A stretch of DNA of 64,000 nt from Escherichia coli (lineage in GTDB: Bacteria > Pseudomonadota > Gammaproteobacteria > Enterobacterales > Enterobacteriaceae): assembly GCF_046105845.1 (NCBI RefSeq), contig NZ_CP151004.1; one strand, 5' to 3'. The notes under the pieces were generated by a model, which searched no databases, had not been told where the DNA came from, and saw nothing but the letters and a program-made list of their open reading frames with translations. Numbering within the stretch: position 1 is the first letter of the stretch; each line of letters starts with the position of its first letter. Below, in pieces: positions 31,083-43,001 of the stretch. The position numbers were made by a program, and so were the translations under genes.

Positions 31083-32237
31083 TCATGCCTCTTTGACCCA
31101 CAGCTGCGGAAAACGTGCTGGTGCAAAACGCAGGGTTATGATCATCAGCCCAACGACGCACAGCGCATGAAACGCCCAGTCCATCAAGTAATTGCCACTG
31201 ATACTACGCAGCACGCCAGAAAACCACGGGGCAAGCCCGGCGATGATAAAACCGATCCCCTGCATAAACGCCACCAGTTTGCCAGCAATAGCGGGTTGCG
31301 CAGAGTGATCGAGCGCCAGCAGCAAACAGAGCGGAAATGCGCCGCCCAGACCTAACCCACACACCATTGCCCACAATACCGGCAATTGCAGCGGCAGCCA
31401 GATAAAGCCGCAGAAACCCACCAGTTGTAACGCCAGCGCCAGCATCAAAAGTTTGCGCCGATCCTGATGGCGAGCCATAGCAGGCATCAGCATAGCTCCT
31501 GCGGCTTGCCCAAGCGTCATCAATGCCAGCAAGGAACCGCTGTACTGCGCGCTGGCACCAATCTCAATATAGAAAGCGGGTAACCAGGCAATCAGGCTGG
31601 CGTAGCCGCCGTTAATCAGACCGAAGTAAACACCCAGCGTCCACGCGCGGGGAGTAAATACCACGCGAACCGGAGTGGTTGTTGTCTTGTGAGAAGAGGC
31701 GACCTCGCGGGCGCTTTGCCACCACCAGGCAAAGAGCGCAACAACGGCAGGCACCGCCCACCAGGCGAGAGTCTGGAACCAAATCTCGCTGTGTTGAACT
31801 AACCAGGGCGTCAGGGCGGCACCAAGTCCACCGCCGCCCATCAGAGCCGCGGACCACAGCCCCATCACCAGTGGCGTACGGTGCTTAAACCGCCGCTTAA
31901 TTACCGAAGGCATCACTGCCTGAATGATGCCGATCCCCACTCCACCAAGCAGTGCGCTGCTAAGCAGCAGCGCACTTTGGGGGTAAAGCTCACGCATCAA
32001 TGCACCGACGGCAATCAGTAACAAACTGATGGCGACGCTGCGACGTTCGCTGACATGCTGATGAAGCCAGCTTCCGGCCAGCGCCAGCCCGCCCATGGTG
32101 ACCACCGGCAGAGCGGTCAACAGGGCTGCCACGCTAAAGCTCATTCCACTCGCCTGACGCAATTGCGGTAGCAGTGGTCCGACGGAGGTGAGCAGTGGTC
32201 GCATATTAAGACCAATCAGCACCAGAACCAGCAGCAT
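31083..32237 (-). CDS. cynX: Cyanate MFS transporter
   Basis: 384 aa from ATG 32237 (MLLVLVLIGLNMRPLLTSVGPLLPQLRQ...); an alternative ATG at 32264 gives 393 aa. Confidence 0.9.
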   Translation of the reverse strand: MLLVLVLIGLNMRPLLTSVGPLLPQLRQASGMSFSVAALLTALPVVTMGGLALAGSWLHQHVSERRSVAISLLLIAVGALMRELYPQSALLLSSALLGGVGIGIIQAVMPSVIKRRFKHRTPLVMGLWSAALMGGGGLGAALTPWLVQHSEIWFQTLAWWAVPAVVALFAWWWQSAREVASSHKTTTTPVRVVFTPRAWTLGVYFGLINGGYASLIAWLPAFYIEIGASAQYSGSLLALMTLGQAAGAMLMPAMARHQDRRKLLMLALALQLVGFCGFIWLPLQLPVLWAMVCGLGLGGAFPLCLLLALDHSAQPAIAGKLVAFMQGIGFIIAGLAPWFSGVLRSISGNYLMDWAFHALCVVGLMIITLRFAPARFPQLWVKEA

Positions 32238-32269
32238 CGTGAACGTCTTTTGATGGTTACGCATGGCTG

Positions 32270-32758
<489 letters not shown>

Positions 32759-32770
32759 TTAAAAATAAGG

Positions 32771-33430
32771 TTACGCTGCGGCCGATTGGCGTAGCGGTAT
32801 GGCACAAACGCGAGGATTAGCTGCCAGTGGTACGAACTGGCGGGTTGCGCCGTCAAAGGCTGCGATGCTGCCGCTTTCAATGTCGTAGACCCAGCCGTGC
32901 AGGGCGATCCGCCCCTCTTCGAGCGCCAGGCGCACCGATGGATGAGTTTGCAAATTAGCCAACTGAGCAATGACGTTTTCACGTACCATCGCCGCAGCTT
33001 TTGACGGTAAATCGGGATGCGGGCGCGCCTCATTAACGACGCGGGCTGAATCGGCATAACGCAGCCAGTGGGAGACGGCAGGCATATGGTCCATGCACTG
33101 ACAGCTGGCAATGGCGGTCATTGCGCCACAGTTGGAATGACCGCAAATCACAATGTCAGATACCCGAAGCGCAGCGACGGCATACTCCACCGAAGCAGAA
33201 ACGCCACCGGGTTCCGGCCCGTAGGAAGGGACAATATTGCCCGCGTTGCGAATAACGAACAGATCGCCAGGCTCACGTTGCGTCACCAGCTCAGGGACCA
33301 GACGGCTGTCGGAGCAGGAGATAAAAAGTGTGCGCGGGCTTTGCTGTGTCGCCAGCTGTTTAAACAAGGCTTCCCGCTTCGGAAATGCCTCGCGCTGGAA
33401 TTTAAGGAATCCATCAATAATCTCTTTCAC
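32771..33430 (-). CDS. cynT: Carbonic anhydrase (beta class)
   Basis: 219 aa; GTG start; begins [43 protein letters not shown]. Confidence 0.95.
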   Translation of the reverse strand: MKEIIDGFLKFQREAFPKREALFKQLATQQSPRTLFISCSDSRLVPELVTQREPGDLFVIRNAGNIVPSYGPEPGGVSASVEYAVAALRVSDIVICGHSNCGAMTAIASCQCMDHMPAVSHWLRYADSARVVNEARPHPDLPSKAAAMVRENVIAQLANLQTHPSVRLALEEGRIALHGWVYDIESGSIAAFDGATRQFVPLAANPRVCAIPLRQSAAA

Positions 33431-33539
33431 CGTTAACCTCTGTCTGTCTCTGGAATGAGAGGCAGACTACTCGCCGATTGTCATAAGGTAAAAGTCTCAT
33501 TTATGATGAGTTCTATTGGATTTACTTATAGGTTGGCGA

Positions 33540-34439
33540 ATGCTCTCTCGACATATCAATTATTTTCTTGCCGTGGCTGAACATGGCAGCTTTACCCGTG
33601 CCGCCAGTGCGTTGCACGTCTCCCAGCCTGCGCTTTCCCAGCAGATTCGCCAGTTAGAGGAGAGTTTAGGCGTGCCGCTGTTTGACCGTAGCGGGCGAAC
33701 TATTCGTCTCACTGATGCAGGAGAAGTCTGGCGACAGTACGCCAGCCGGGCGTTACAGGAACTGGGGGCGGGTAAACGGGCGATTCATGATGTTGCCGAT
33801 CTGACGCGAGGATCGCTGCGTATCGCCGTCACTCCCACCTTTACAAGCTACTTTATCGGCCCTTTAATGGCAGATTTCTATGCGCGCTACCCCGGCATCA
33901 CGCTCCAGCTACAGGAAATGTCGCAGGAGAAAATCGAAGATCTGCTTTGCCGCGACGAGCTGGACGTTGGGATTGCCTTCGCGCCTGTGCATTCGCCGGA
34001 GCTGGAGGCAATTCCTTTACTGACAGAAAGTTTAGCGTTAGTCGTGGCGCAACATCATCCGCTGGCTGACCATGAACAGGTGGCGTTAAGTCGCTTGCAT
34101 GATGAAAAACTGGTCCTGCTCAGCGCGGAATTTGCCACCAGAGAGCAAATTGACCACTACTGCGAGAAAGCGGGGCTACATCCACAGGTGGTCATTGAGG
34201 CGAACTCAATTAGCGCGGTTCTGGAGCTGATTCGCCGCACTTCCCTTTCCACATTGTTACCAGCAGCGATTGTCACACAACATGACGGGCTTAAAGCTAT
34301 TTCTCTTGCCCCGCCACTACTGGAGAGAACGGCGGTTTTGTTGCGGCGGAAAAATAGCTGGCAGACAGCCGCCGCGAAGGCATTTTTGCACATGGCGTTG
34401 GAGGAATGTGCGGATGTTGGCGGGCATGAATCACGGTAG
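33540..34439 (+). CDS. cynR: LysR-family activator of the cyn operon
   Basis: 299 aa from ATG 33540 ([41 protein letters not shown]...); divergent from cynT. Confidence 0.93.
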   Translation: MLSRHINYFLAVAEHGSFTRAASALHVSQPALSQQIRQLEESLGVPLFDRSGRTIRLTDAGEVWRQYASRALQELGAGKRAIHDVADLTRGSLRIAVTPTFTSYFIGPLMADFYARYPGITLQLQEMSQEKIEDLLCRDELDVGIAFAPVHSPELEAIPLLTESLALVVAQHHPLADHEQVALSRLHDEKLVLLSAEFATREQIDHYCEKAGLHPQVVIEANSISAVLELIRRTSLSTLLPAAIVTQHDGLKAISLAPPLLERTAVLLRRKNSWQTAAAKAFLHMALEECADVGGHESR

Positions 34440-34478
34440 CCACTGACACAGGTCAGTGGCTCTTCAACGCAGAGGAAA

Positions 34479-35762
34479 TTACCGTTTGTAATCGATGGCT
34501 TCTGGCTGCTCCAGATATACGGTGGTTTGTGCTGGTTGGGTGCTGGCAATCACCTTACCGCCACGTACCGAATAGCGCACCGGAACCTGACGGCGCAGCG
34601 CGTCAAACCCATTTTCAGCCGGCAGGATAATCAGGTTGGCGCTGTTTCCGGCGGCAATGCCGTAATCCTGCAAATTCAACGTCCTGGCACTGTGGTGGGT
34701 GATTAAATTCAGGCCATCGTTAATCTGCCCGTAGCCCATCAGCTGGCAAACATGCAGCCCCATATGCAGCACTTGCAGCATATTCGCCGTTCCCAGCGGA
34801 TACCACGGATCGAAGACATCATCGTGACCAAAGCAGACGTTAATGCCGGACTCCAGCATCTCTTTAACGCGCGTGATGCCGCGACGTTTTGGATAGGTAT
34901 CGAAACGTCCTTGTAGATGAATATTGACCAACGGGTTGGCGACAAAGTTAATACCGGACATTTTCAGCAAGCGGAACAGGCGTGAGGTATACGCCCCGTT
35001 ATAGGAGTGCATTGCCGTGGTGTGGCTGGCGGTGACTCGCGCGCCCATGCCTTCACGGTGCGCCAGGGCTGCAACGGTTTCGACAAAGCGCGACTGTTCG
35101 TCATCGATCTCATCACAGTGAACGTCGATGAGACGGTCGTATTTTTGCGCCAGGGCGAAGGTTTTATGCAGCGACTCCACGCCGTATTCACGGGTAAATT
35201 CAAAATGCGGAATCGCCCCCACTACATCTGCCCCTAAGCGTAACGCCTCTTCCAGCAACGCTTCACCGTTGGGATACGACAAAATCCCTTCCTGCGGGAA
35301 GGCGACGATTTGCAGATCAATCCACGGCGCGACTTCCTGCTTCACTTCCAGCATTGCTTTCAGCGCAGTCAGCGTTGCGTCCGAAACATCGACATGGGTA
35401 CGCACATGCTGAATGCCGTTGGCAATCTGCCATTTCAGCGTTTGCCAGGCGCGTTGTTTCACATCGTCATGGGTTAATAACGCTTTGCGCTCGGCCCAGC
35501 GTTCAATGCCTTCAAACAGCGTGCCGGACTGATTCCAGTTCGGTTGTCCGGCGGTTTGCGTGGTGTCCAGGTGAATATGCGGCTCCACAAACGGCGGTAT
35601 AACTAAACCTTGTTCGGCATCCAGGCTGTTTTCAGTTATGGGCATCACCCCGGATTGCGCATCAATGGCGCTGATTTTTCCGTCCAGCAGATGAATCTGC
35701 CACAGCCCCTCTTTGCCGGGTAACCGGGCGTTAATAATTGTCTGTAAAGCGTTATTCGACAC
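34479..35762 (-). CDS. codA: Cytosine deaminase
   Basis: 427 aa from GTG 35762 preceded by GGAGG ([16 protein letters not shown]...); amidohydrolase HxH motif (FVEPHIHLD). Confidence 0.95.
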   Translation of the reverse strand: MSNNALQTIINARLPGKEGLWQIHLLDGKISAIDAQSGVMPITENSLDAEQGLVIPPFVEPHIHLDTTQTAGQPNWNQSGTLFEGIERWAERKALLTHDDVKQRAWQTLKWQIANGIQHVRTHVDVSDATLTALKAMLEVKQEVAPWIDLQIVAFPQEGILSYPNGEALLEEALRLGADVVGAIPHFEFTREYGVESLHKTFALAQKYDRLIDVHCDEIDDEQSRFVETVAALAHREGMGARVTASHTTAMHSYNGAYTSRLFRLLKMSGINFVANPLVNIHLQGRFDTYPKRRGITRVKEMLESGINVCFGHDDVFDPWYPLGTANMLQVLHMGLHVCQLMGYGQINDGLNLITHHSARTLNLQDYGIAAGNSANLIILPAENGFDALRRQVPVRYSVRGGKVIASTQPAQTTVYLEQPEAIDYKR

Positions 35763-37011
35763 TGTTAGCCTCCACATGCGTCATTGCTGCTGTCGTTTTG
35801 CGATTCAAAATCGGGTTAAGGATCAGATAGCTCAGCGCGCCACCTAATACCGCGTTGACCGGAACAATACCCGGTAACCAGTGGCCTGCGGCAATCCCCA
35901 GCGCGACCGCCAGAATCGCCACCCAATTGACACTCATCATACGCGTGGTCGCAAAGTGCTCATAGCGGCGACGGTTCATCAGATAGTCAGCGATGATCAC
36001 GCCCCCTACCGGAGGAATAGCTGCCGAAAGGAAGGTCAGCCAGCCGACAAAATTGTTATACAGCCATAATGCGCAGACCGTACCGATAATACCGTTGATT
36101 ACCGAAAGGGTTTTGCTCGACATACCAGTAATGTTGGCGAAACCTAAGCCCGACGCATAGAGCGCGTTATCGTTGGTGGTCCAGATATTCAGCCCCAGCA
36201 CCACAATCGCAGGCAGCAGCAGACCCTGAGCAATCATCACATCAGAGATATCCGCCATCCCCAGTGCCGCCGCGCCCGCTGCACCGAAAATAAACATCAA
36301 CGAGTTGCCGAGGAAAAAGGCCACCATCGCCACCAGCACCGCCAGTTTGGCATTACGACCAAACCGGACAAAGTCAGCGGTGAGCGTGCCCGCACTGATA
36401 AATGACCCCACAACCAGCGCCAGCGCGACATTGAAATCTAACGGTTGTGCGGGAACGACCGCTTTTAATGCGTCCAGGCCGCCCATGCCGTTAACGGCCA
36501 ACCACACGGAATAACCGCCAAGACAGGCGATAGCCGGAACTGCAATCACCGAAAGAACCATCAGCGCCGAAATGCCAAAGAAGACGGTGACGGTCATCAG
36601 TAAACCGGAGACGGCAATCAGCAAATTAATATCCAGCCCGGTTGCCTTGCCCACCGGAATGGCAAACATCGCCACGCCAACGCCAAACCAGCCAACCTGG
36701 GTGCCGCCCAGCAGCAGTGAAGGCAGCCATGAGCCTTTAACACCAAAAGAGAAGCGAGCAAGAAGATGAGTGGTCAGGCCGGTTTTTGCGCCAATGTAAC
36801 CAAGAAATGAAGTGTAAATACCGAGGAGAAGATTACCGATGAGGACTGCGAGGAAGAAATCATGATAGCTAAGACCGGTTCCGAGAGTGCCGCCGGTCCA
36901 CATACTGGCGGAAAAGAAGGTTAATCCCAGCATGACGAACGTCAATGCCAATACCCCTTTCCGCGCCGACTGCGGGACTGGCCCTTGGCTAAAGTTGTTA
37001 TCTTGCGACAC
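35752..37011 (-). CDS. codB: Cytosine permease (NCS1 family)
   Basis: 419 aa; GTG start with G-rich SD; 11-nt overlap with codA. Confidence 0.94.
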   Translation of the reverse strand: MSQDNNFSQGPVPQSARKGVLALTFVMLGLTFFSASMWTGGTLGTGLSYHDFFLAVLIGNLLLGIYTSFLGYIGAKTGLTTHLLARFSFGVKGSWLPSLLLGGTQVGWFGVGVAMFAIPVGKATGLDINLLIAVSGLLMTVTVFFGISALMVLSVIAVPAIACLGGYSVWLAVNGMGGLDALKAVVPAQPLDFNVALALVVGSFISAGTLTADFVRFGRNAKLAVLVAMVAFFLGNSLMFIFGAAGAAALGMADISDVMIAQGLLLPAIVVLGLNIWTTNDNALYASGLGFANITGMSSKTLSVINGIIGTVCALWLYNNFVGWLTFLSAAIPPVGGVIIADYLMNRRRYEHFATTRMMSVNWVAILAVALGIAAGHWLPGIVPVNAVLGGALSYLILNPILNRKTTAAMTHVEANSVE

Positions 37012-37079
37012 GAAATTCCCCCTTTTTGCTGTCTGAAACCCAAAAAATCCGCCGCATTCTATTCATCTGAAGATAAAAA

Positions 37080-37093
37080 GCAATCGTTTTCGT
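37080..37093 (-). promoter_or_regulatory. Candidate PurR box upstream of codBA
   Basis: Minus strand reads ACGAAAACGATTGC, close to the PurR consensus ACGCAAACGTTTGC-type palindrome, about 70 bp upstream of the codB start. Confidence 0.4.
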
Positions 37094-37171
37094 AGGGAAA
37101 TATATTTTTTATATGAATGAGTGCAAAAAGGTGGGGGAAAAATTATCGGTGTAAAAACAGTGGGTAGCCAT

Positions 37172-37242
37172 AATAAGACGCGGTAAGCGTCGCATCAGGC
37201 ATCGGCGCATGGTGTCGGATGCGCCAGGCGACGCATCCGACA
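37172..37242. repeat. REP-like element plus 11-bp-stem palindrome downstream of prpE
   Basis: ATAAGACGCGGTAAGCGTCGCATCAGGCATCGGCGCATGG, then TGTCGGATGCG-N8-CGCATCCGACA (37213-37242); the hairpin is a near-copy of the one at 31013-31042. Confidence 0.5.
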
Positions 37243-37247
37243 ATAAC

Positions 37248-39134
37248 CTACTCTTCCATCGCCTGGCGGATCTGATCCAACGACGCAGGATCATCAATGG
37301 TCGTCAGATCCCCAGGATCGCGTCCTTCACAAATCGCCTGGATCGTGCGGCGCAGCATTTTTCCGGATCGCGTTTTCGGCAATTGCGAGACAAACCAGAC
37401 GTGCGCCGGGCGACCAAAGTTGCCAATCTGGCTGTCCACCAGCGCCATAATCGCCTTCTCTTGCGAATGCGCCACCTCGCGGTCTTCCAGACTGTCGCTC
37501 TCTTTCGGAATGACAAACGCCACCGCCACCTGCCCTTTCAGCGCATCTTTCACCCCAACCACCGCCACTTCGGCAACGCCCGGATGACTGGAGATACTCT
37601 CTTCAATCTCGCGCGTCCCCAGCCGATGCCCGGCAACGTTAATCACATCGTCAGTGCGCCCGAGAATAAAGTGATAACCGTCAGCATCGCGGATACCCCA
37701 GTCAAAAGTGGCGTACACCGGACGGGAAAACAGCGACCAGTACGTCTTCACAAAGCGGTCGTCGTCGCCCCAGATGGTCTGAATACAGCCCGGCGGCAGC
37801 GGCCCTTCTACCACCAGCATCCCTTTCTCGTTGACGCCACACGGTTCGCCGGTGACTTCATTAAGCAACTGCACGTTATAGCCATACATCGGCACGCCGG
37901 GGCTTCCCAGACGCGTCGGCCTGTCGTCCAGACCGCGAGCAATCGCCATAATCGGCCAGCCGGATTCGGTCTGCCAGTAGTTGTCGATGACCGGCACATC
38001 CAGCGTATTGCTCACCCAACTGGCGGTCGGCTCGTCCAGCGGTTCTCCAGCCAGATAGAGCACTTCCAGCGACGAGAGATCGTGTTTGCGAATTTCAGCG
38101 GTAGGGAATTTTTTCAGCACGCGTATGGCGGTCGGCGCTGAGAACATGCGGCTAACCTGATATTTCTCGACGATTTTCCACCACACGCCGCAGTCCGGCC
38201 AGGTCGGTAATCCTTCGTAAACGATAGTCGCCATCCCCGCCAGCAGCGGCGCGTAGACGATATACGAATGCCCCACCACCCAGCCGATATCCGAAGCACA
38301 AAAGAACACACCGCCCGCTTTGCCGCCAAAAATGGTGTCCATCGAGGTCGCCAGCGCCACCGCATATCCGCCGACGTCACGCTGCACGCCTTTAGGTTTG
38401 CCGGTCGTGCCGGAAGTGTAGAGAATGCAGGAGGTTTCGTTGGATTCCAGCCACGCCACTGGCACCCGCGCGCCGATGTGTTGATGGCGCAACGACGCGA
38501 AATCGACATCCCGCCCGCTGACGCGCGCCATTTTCGCCAGCCCGCGATCCACCAGTAAAACGTGGCGCGGCTGATGCTGCGCCTGACTTATCGCATCGTC
38601 GAGTAATTTTTTATAGGGAATGATTTTGCCACCGCGCGCTCCGGCATCAGCCGAGACAATCAGCACCGGTTTAGCGTCATCAATTCGCGCCGCCACGCTG
38701 TGCGAGGCAAATCCCCCAAACACCACCGAATGAATAGCGCCAATGCGCGCGCAGGCCAGCAGGGTAATATGCGCTTCGGCAATCATCGGCATATACACCA
38801 GCACCCGATCGCCACGCTGCACGCCCAATGAACGCAACATTGAGGCCACCGCGTTCACTTCGTCATGCAGCTGACGAAAGGTAAAGGTGCGCTCTTCTTC
38901 TGTTTCCGAAGAGACGGCAATCAGCGCCAGCGCCTCTGGCTGTTTCTCCAGCCAGCGGTCGATAGCGTTGTGGCACAAGTTGGTTCGGCCTTCACAAAAC
39001 CAACGGGCAAACGGCGGATTGCTGTGATCAAGCGTTTGCGTAAAGGGCGTCTGCCAGTCAATACGCCGGGCCTGCTCGGCCCAGAACTTCTCCGGTTCGT
39101 TAATCGAACGCTGATAAAATTCGCTAAAAGACAT
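37248..39134 (-). CDS. prpE: Propionate-CoA ligase (propionyl-CoA synthetase)
   Basis: 628-aa acyl-CoA synthetase, begins MSFSEFYQRSINEPEKFWAEQARRIDW. Confidence 0.95.
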   Translation of the reverse strand: MSFSEFYQRSINEPEKFWAEQARRIDWQTPFTQTLDHSNPPFARWFCEGRTNLCHNAIDRWLEKQPEALALIAVSSETEEERTFTFRQLHDEVNAVASMLRSLGVQRGDRVLVYMPMIAEAHITLLACARIGAIHSVVFGGFASHSVAARIDDAKPVLIVSADAGARGGKIIPYKKLLDDAISQAQHQPRHVLLVDRGLAKMARVSGRDVDFASLRHQHIGARVPVAWLESNETSCILYTSGTTGKPKGVQRDVGGYAVALATSMDTIFGGKAGGVFFCASDIGWVVGHSYIVYAPLLAGMATIVYEGLPTWPDCGVWWKIVEKYQVSRMFSAPTAIRVLKKFPTAEIRKHDLSSLEVLYLAGEPLDEPTASWVSNTLDVPVIDNYWQTESGWPIMAIARGLDDRPTRLGSPGVPMYGYNVQLLNEVTGEPCGVNEKGMLVVEGPLPPGCIQTIWGDDDRFVKTYWSLFSRPVYATFDWGIRDADGYHFILGRTDDVINVAGHRLGTREIEESISSHPGVAEVAVVGVKDALKGQVAVAFVIPKESDSLEDREVAHSQEKAIMALVDSQIGNFGRPAHVWFVSQLPKTRSGKMLRRTIQAICEGRDPGDLTTIDDPASLDQIRQAMEE

Positions 39135-39173
39135 AATGCTCTCCTGTTGAACTTACGCCTTACCGCTGTTTGC

Positions 39174-40625
39174 TTAAATGACGTACAGGTCGAGATACTC
39201 ATTGACCGGCATCTGTTCCAGGCGAGTTCTGTCGAGAGAAACCTCCAGAATGCGCTGCTGTTGGCGAGTCGGGAACTGGCGCGCGAGATTGATTTTGAAT
39301 TTATCGACCAGTTTCGGAATACCATCCTGACGGCGGCGAGCATGACCAATGGGGTACTCCACCACCACTTCTTCAAATCGTGTGCCGTCGGTGAACTCAA
39401 GGGTAATGGCATTGGCGATGGCACGTTTTTCCGGGTCGTGGTAGTCAGCGGTAAATGCCGGATCTTCAAAGCAATTGATCTTCTCGCGCAGGGCGTCGAT
39501 GCGTTTATCTTGCGCAACGTTGTCCTCGTAATCTGCCGCCGTTAAGCGTCCGAACAGCAGCGGGATCGCCACCATGTACTGAATGCAGTGATCGCGGTCT
39601 GCCGGGTTATTGAGCGGTCCTTTTTTGTCGATGATGCGAATACAGGCTTCGTGGGTGCGAATGGTCACTTTTTCGATATCTGCCGCCGTTTTGCCTGCTG
39701 CCTGCATCTGTTCATAGAGCGTCATCGCTGCTTCAACTGCCGTCTGGGAGTGGAACTCCGCCGGGAAGGAGATTTTGAACAGCACATTTTCCATCACGTA
39801 AGAACCGTACGGGCGCTGGAAGCGGAACGATTCACCTTTGAAGGAGACGTCGTAGAAGCCCCACACAGGCGCAGTCAGGGCTGACGGGTAACCCATTTCG
39901 CCCGTTTTCGCCATCAGTGCCAGACGTACCGCGCGGGAAGTGGCATCGCCCGCCGCCCAGGATTTACGCGTGCCGGTGTTCGGCGCATGGCGATAGGTGC
40001 GCAACGACTGACCGTCCACCCACGCCAGCGAAACGGCGTTGAGGATTTCCTCGCGGGTCAGGCCGAGCATTTCTGCAACCACGGCGGTGGAAGCCACTTT
40101 CACTAACAGAACGTGGTCGAGGCCGACGCGGTTAAAGGAGTTTTCCAGCGCGATGCAGCCCTGTATTTCATGGGCTTTGATCATTCCGGTCAGCACCTGT
40201 TTCATGGTCAACGGCGCTTTGCCGCTGGCGACCGCGTTGCGCGAAAGCCAGTCCGCCGTTGCCAGAATGCCACCGAGGTTGTCGGAAGGATGGCCCCACT
40301 CCGCCGCCAGCCAGGTATCGTTGAAATCGAGCCAGCGGATCATCGCGCCGATGTTAAATGCCGCCTGGACGGGGTCGAGCTGGAACTGAGTTCCGGGGAC
40401 GCGCACGCCGTTAGGTACGACGGTGCCAGGAACAATTGGCCCCAGCAGTTTTTTACAGGCCGGGTATTCGAGAGCTTCCAGACCGCAGCCGAGCGTGTCG
40501 AGCAGGCAGTAATGTGCGGTCTCGTAGGCCACTCTGGAGCTGATTTCGTAGTTCATCACGTAATCGACGATATCAACGATTTCACGATCAAATTCCGGGC
40601 GGATGTTATTGATTTGAGCTGACAT
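39174..40625 (-). CDS. prpD: 2-methylcitrate dehydratase
   Basis: 483 aa, begins [30 protein letters not shown]. Confidence 0.95.
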   Translation of the reverse strand: MSAQINNIRPEFDREIVDIVDYVMNYEISSRVAYETAHYCLLDTLGCGLEALEYPACKKLLGPIVPGTVVPNGVRVPGTQFQLDPVQAAFNIGAMIRWLDFNDTWLAAEWGHPSDNLGGILATADWLSRNAVASGKAPLTMKQVLTGMIKAHEIQGCIALENSFNRVGLDHVLLVKVASTAVVAEMLGLTREEILNAVSLAWVDGQSLRTYRHAPNTGTRKSWAAGDATSRAVRLALMAKTGEMGYPSALTAPVWGFYDVSFKGESFRFQRPYGSYVMENVLFKISFPAEFHSQTAVEAAMTLYEQMQAAGKTAADIEKVTIRTHEACIRIIDKKGPLNNPADRDHCIQYMVAIPLLFGRLTAADYEDNVAQDKRIDALREKINCFEDPAFTADYHDPEKRAIANAITLEFTDGTRFEEVVVEYPIGHARRRQDGIPKLVDKFKINLARQFPTRQQQRILEVSLDRTRLEQMPVNEYLDLYVI

Positions 40626-40658
40626 TGGGTACGTTTCCTTATTGTTATTCGTAGAGGT

Positions 40659-41828
40659 TTACTGGCGCTTATCCAGCGCGACAAACTGGCGGTCTTCCGG
40701 TCCAACATAATTGGCGGAAGGACGGATAATTTTGTTGTCCTGACGTTGTTCGATAATGTGCGCCGCCCAGCCGGTGACGCGGGCGATAACAAACAGTGGT
40801 GTGAACATCTCGGTGGGAACGCCCATCATGTTGTAGGAAACAGCGGAGAACCAGTCGAGATTGGGGAACATCTTTTTGCTCTCCCACATCACCGTTTCCA
40901 GGCGATCGGCGATGTTGTACATCTTCAGCGAGCCGCCTTCCTGCGAGAGCTGCTTCGCCACACGTTTGATCACCTGATGACGCGGGTCGGCGATGGTATA
41001 AACCGGATGACCAAAACCAATGACCACTTCTTTGTTTTCCACCCGCTTGCGGATATCGGCTTCGGCTTCGTCCGGCGTTTCGTAGCGTTGCTGGATCTCC
41101 AGCGACACTTCATTCGCCCCGCCGTGCTTCGGCCCGCGCAGTGCACCAATCGCGCCAATAATCGCGGAATACATATCAGAGCCGGTGCCCGCAATCACCC
41201 GGCTGGTAAAGGTGGAGGCGTTAAACTCGTGTTCGGCGTACAGCACCAGCGAAATATGCATCGCCTTTTCCCAGCTTTGCGACGGCTTTTCGCCATGCAG
41301 CAGATGCAGGAAGTGACCGCCGATGGAGTCGTCATCGGTTTCCGGCTGAATGCGTTCGCCGTTGTGGCTGTAGTGATACCAGTAGAGAAGAATCGAGCTA
41401 AGTGACGCCAGCAGTTTGTCGGCAATATCCCGCGCGCCAGAGACGGTATGCCCCTCTTTTTCTGGCAGCGTGCAGCCGAGCGCGGAAACGCCGGTGCGCA
41501 TAACATCCATCGGGTGCGACGCCGCCGGTAAGGCTTCCAGCACGGTACGCACGTTAGCCGGTAAACCGCGCAGGGCTTTCAGTTTCGTTTTGTAGGCGGC
41601 GAGTTCGTCACGGGTCGGCAGTTTGCCGTGGATCAGCAGGTGCGCCACTTCTTCAAATTCGCAATGTTCCGCCAGATCAAGAATATCGTAGCCGCGGTAA
41701 TGCAGGTCGTTGCCGCTTTTACCCACGGTGCAGAGCGCCGTATTGCCCGCCGGAACGCCGGATAGTGCCACAGATTTTTTCGGTTTAATGACATGGGTAC
41801 TGTTTTGCAGGATCGTTGTGTCGCTCAT
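40659..41828 (-). CDS. prpC: 2-methylcitrate synthase
   Basis: 389-aa citrate-synthase family protein. Confidence 0.95.
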   Translation of the reverse strand: MSDTTILQNSTHVIKPKKSVALSGVPAGNTALCTVGKSGNDLHYRGYDILDLAEHCEFEEVAHLLIHGKLPTRDELAAYKTKLKALRGLPANVRTVLEALPAASHPMDVMRTGVSALGCTLPEKEGHTVSGARDIADKLLASLSSILLYWYHYSHNGERIQPETDDDSIGGHFLHLLHGEKPSQSWEKAMHISLVLYAEHEFNASTFTSRVIAGTGSDMYSAIIGAIGALRGPKHGGANEVSLEIQQRYETPDEAEADIRKRVENKEVVIGFGHPVYTIADPRHQVIKRVAKQLSQEGGSLKMYNIADRLETVMWESKKMFPNLDWFSAVSYNMMGVPTEMFTPLFVIARVTGWAAHIIEQRQDNKIIRPSANYVGPEDRQFVALDKRQ

Positions 41829-41872
41829 GTTGTCCTCGTCATTTGTAGGGTCGAGATATTTTTCGTTGTGTT

Positions 41873-42763
41873 TTATTTCGCCTGGCTACGGGCAAACAGG
41901 TCGTCGAGCTTCTCTTCGTACTGGTAGTAGTTGATGCTTTCGTACAGCTCGTTGCGGGTTTGCATGGTGTCGATGACGCTTTTCTGCGTGCCTTCCTGGC
42001 GCAGGACGTTGTAGACATGTTCGGCGGCGCGGTTCATGGCGCGAAACGCTGAAAGCGGGTACAGCGCCATTGCAACATGGGCACTGCGTAATTCATCGGT
42101 AGTAAACAGCGGTGTTGCGCCAAATTCGGTAATGTTGGCGAGGATCGGCACCTGCACCGCATCGGCAAACTGGCGGTACATGGCGAGTTCGGTAATCGCC
42201 TCCGGGAACAACATCTCGGCACCCGCTTCAACATAGGCCTGCGCACGCTCAATCGCCGCATCCAGCCCCTCTACCGCCAGCGCATCGGTGCGCGCCATGA
42301 TCACAAAATCAGGATCGGTTTTCGCATCCACCGCCGCGCGGATCCGATCCACCATCTCCTCTTTCGAGACGATCGCTTTGTTCGGACGATGACCGCAGCG
42401 TTTCGCACCAACCTGATCTTCAACATGCAATCCTGCCGCACCGGCTTTAATCATCGATTTCACGGTGCGCGCCACGTTAAAGGCCGAAGAACCAAAACCG
42501 ATATCCGCATCCACCAGCAGCGGCAGCGAACAAACGTCGGTGATACGGCGAATATCTGTCAGCACGTCATCAAGAGTAGAAATACCGAGATCCGGCAGCC
42601 CCAGCGAACCTGCTGCCACGCCACCGCCGGAAAGATAAATCGCCTGATATCCGGCACGCTGCGCCAGAAGCGCATGGTTAGCGTTGATGGTGCCGACAAT
42701 CTGCAATGGATTTTCTTTAGTCAGTGCAGCGCGAAACGCTTTACCTGGAGAGTGTAGAGACAT
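41873..42763 (-). CDS. prpB: 2-methylisocitrate lyase
   Basis: 296-aa PEP-mutase/isocitrate-lyase family protein. Confidence 0.95.
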   Translation of the reverse strand: MSLHSPGKAFRAALTKENPLQIVGTINANHALLAQRAGYQAIYLSGGGVAAGSLGLPDLGISTLDDVLTDIRRITDVCSLPLLVDADIGFGSSAFNVARTVKSMIKAGAAGLHVEDQVGAKRCGHRPNKAIVSKEEMVDRIRAAVDAKTDPDFVIMARTDALAVEGLDAAIERAQAYVEAGAEMLFPEAITELAMYRQFADAVQVPILANITEFGATPLFTTDELRSAHVAMALYPLSAFRAMNRAAEHVYNVLRQEGTQKSVIDTMQTRNELYESINYYQYEEKLDDLFARSQAK

Positions 42764-42810
42764 AGCCCATCCTTTGTTATCAACTTGTTATTTGCGTTGA
42801 TAAAGACAAA

Positions 42811-42825
42811 GCAAGGGGTGTGCCA
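42811..42825 (-). promoter_or_regulatory. Sigma-54 (-24/-12) promoter of prpBCDE
   Basis: Minus strand reads TGGCAC-ACCCC-TTGC (GG-N10-GC spacing), about 36 nt upstream of the prpB ATG; prpR next door encodes a sigma-54 activator. Confidence 0.7.
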
Positions 42826-43001
42826 CAATTGCCTTAATAAAATTAAATGTTTAATTTCAATTTGTTAGCAATATAGTCATGAAGTAATCCGCAAATATGC
42901 GTTTCAGTTAACGTTTCAGGCAATGTTTCACCGCGTTTCATTGCAACAATTATGAAACAAGACTAAACCCAATATTCGGTTTCTTAACTTTGCGGTGCGC
43001 T

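Noticed and set aside
37209-38141. 310-aa + strand ORF antisense to prpE, and similar antisense ORFs inside prpD, prpC, mhpE, yahJ/yahI and yahF
   Set aside because: All lie inside confidently identified genes on the opposite strand and show biased, motif-free composition.
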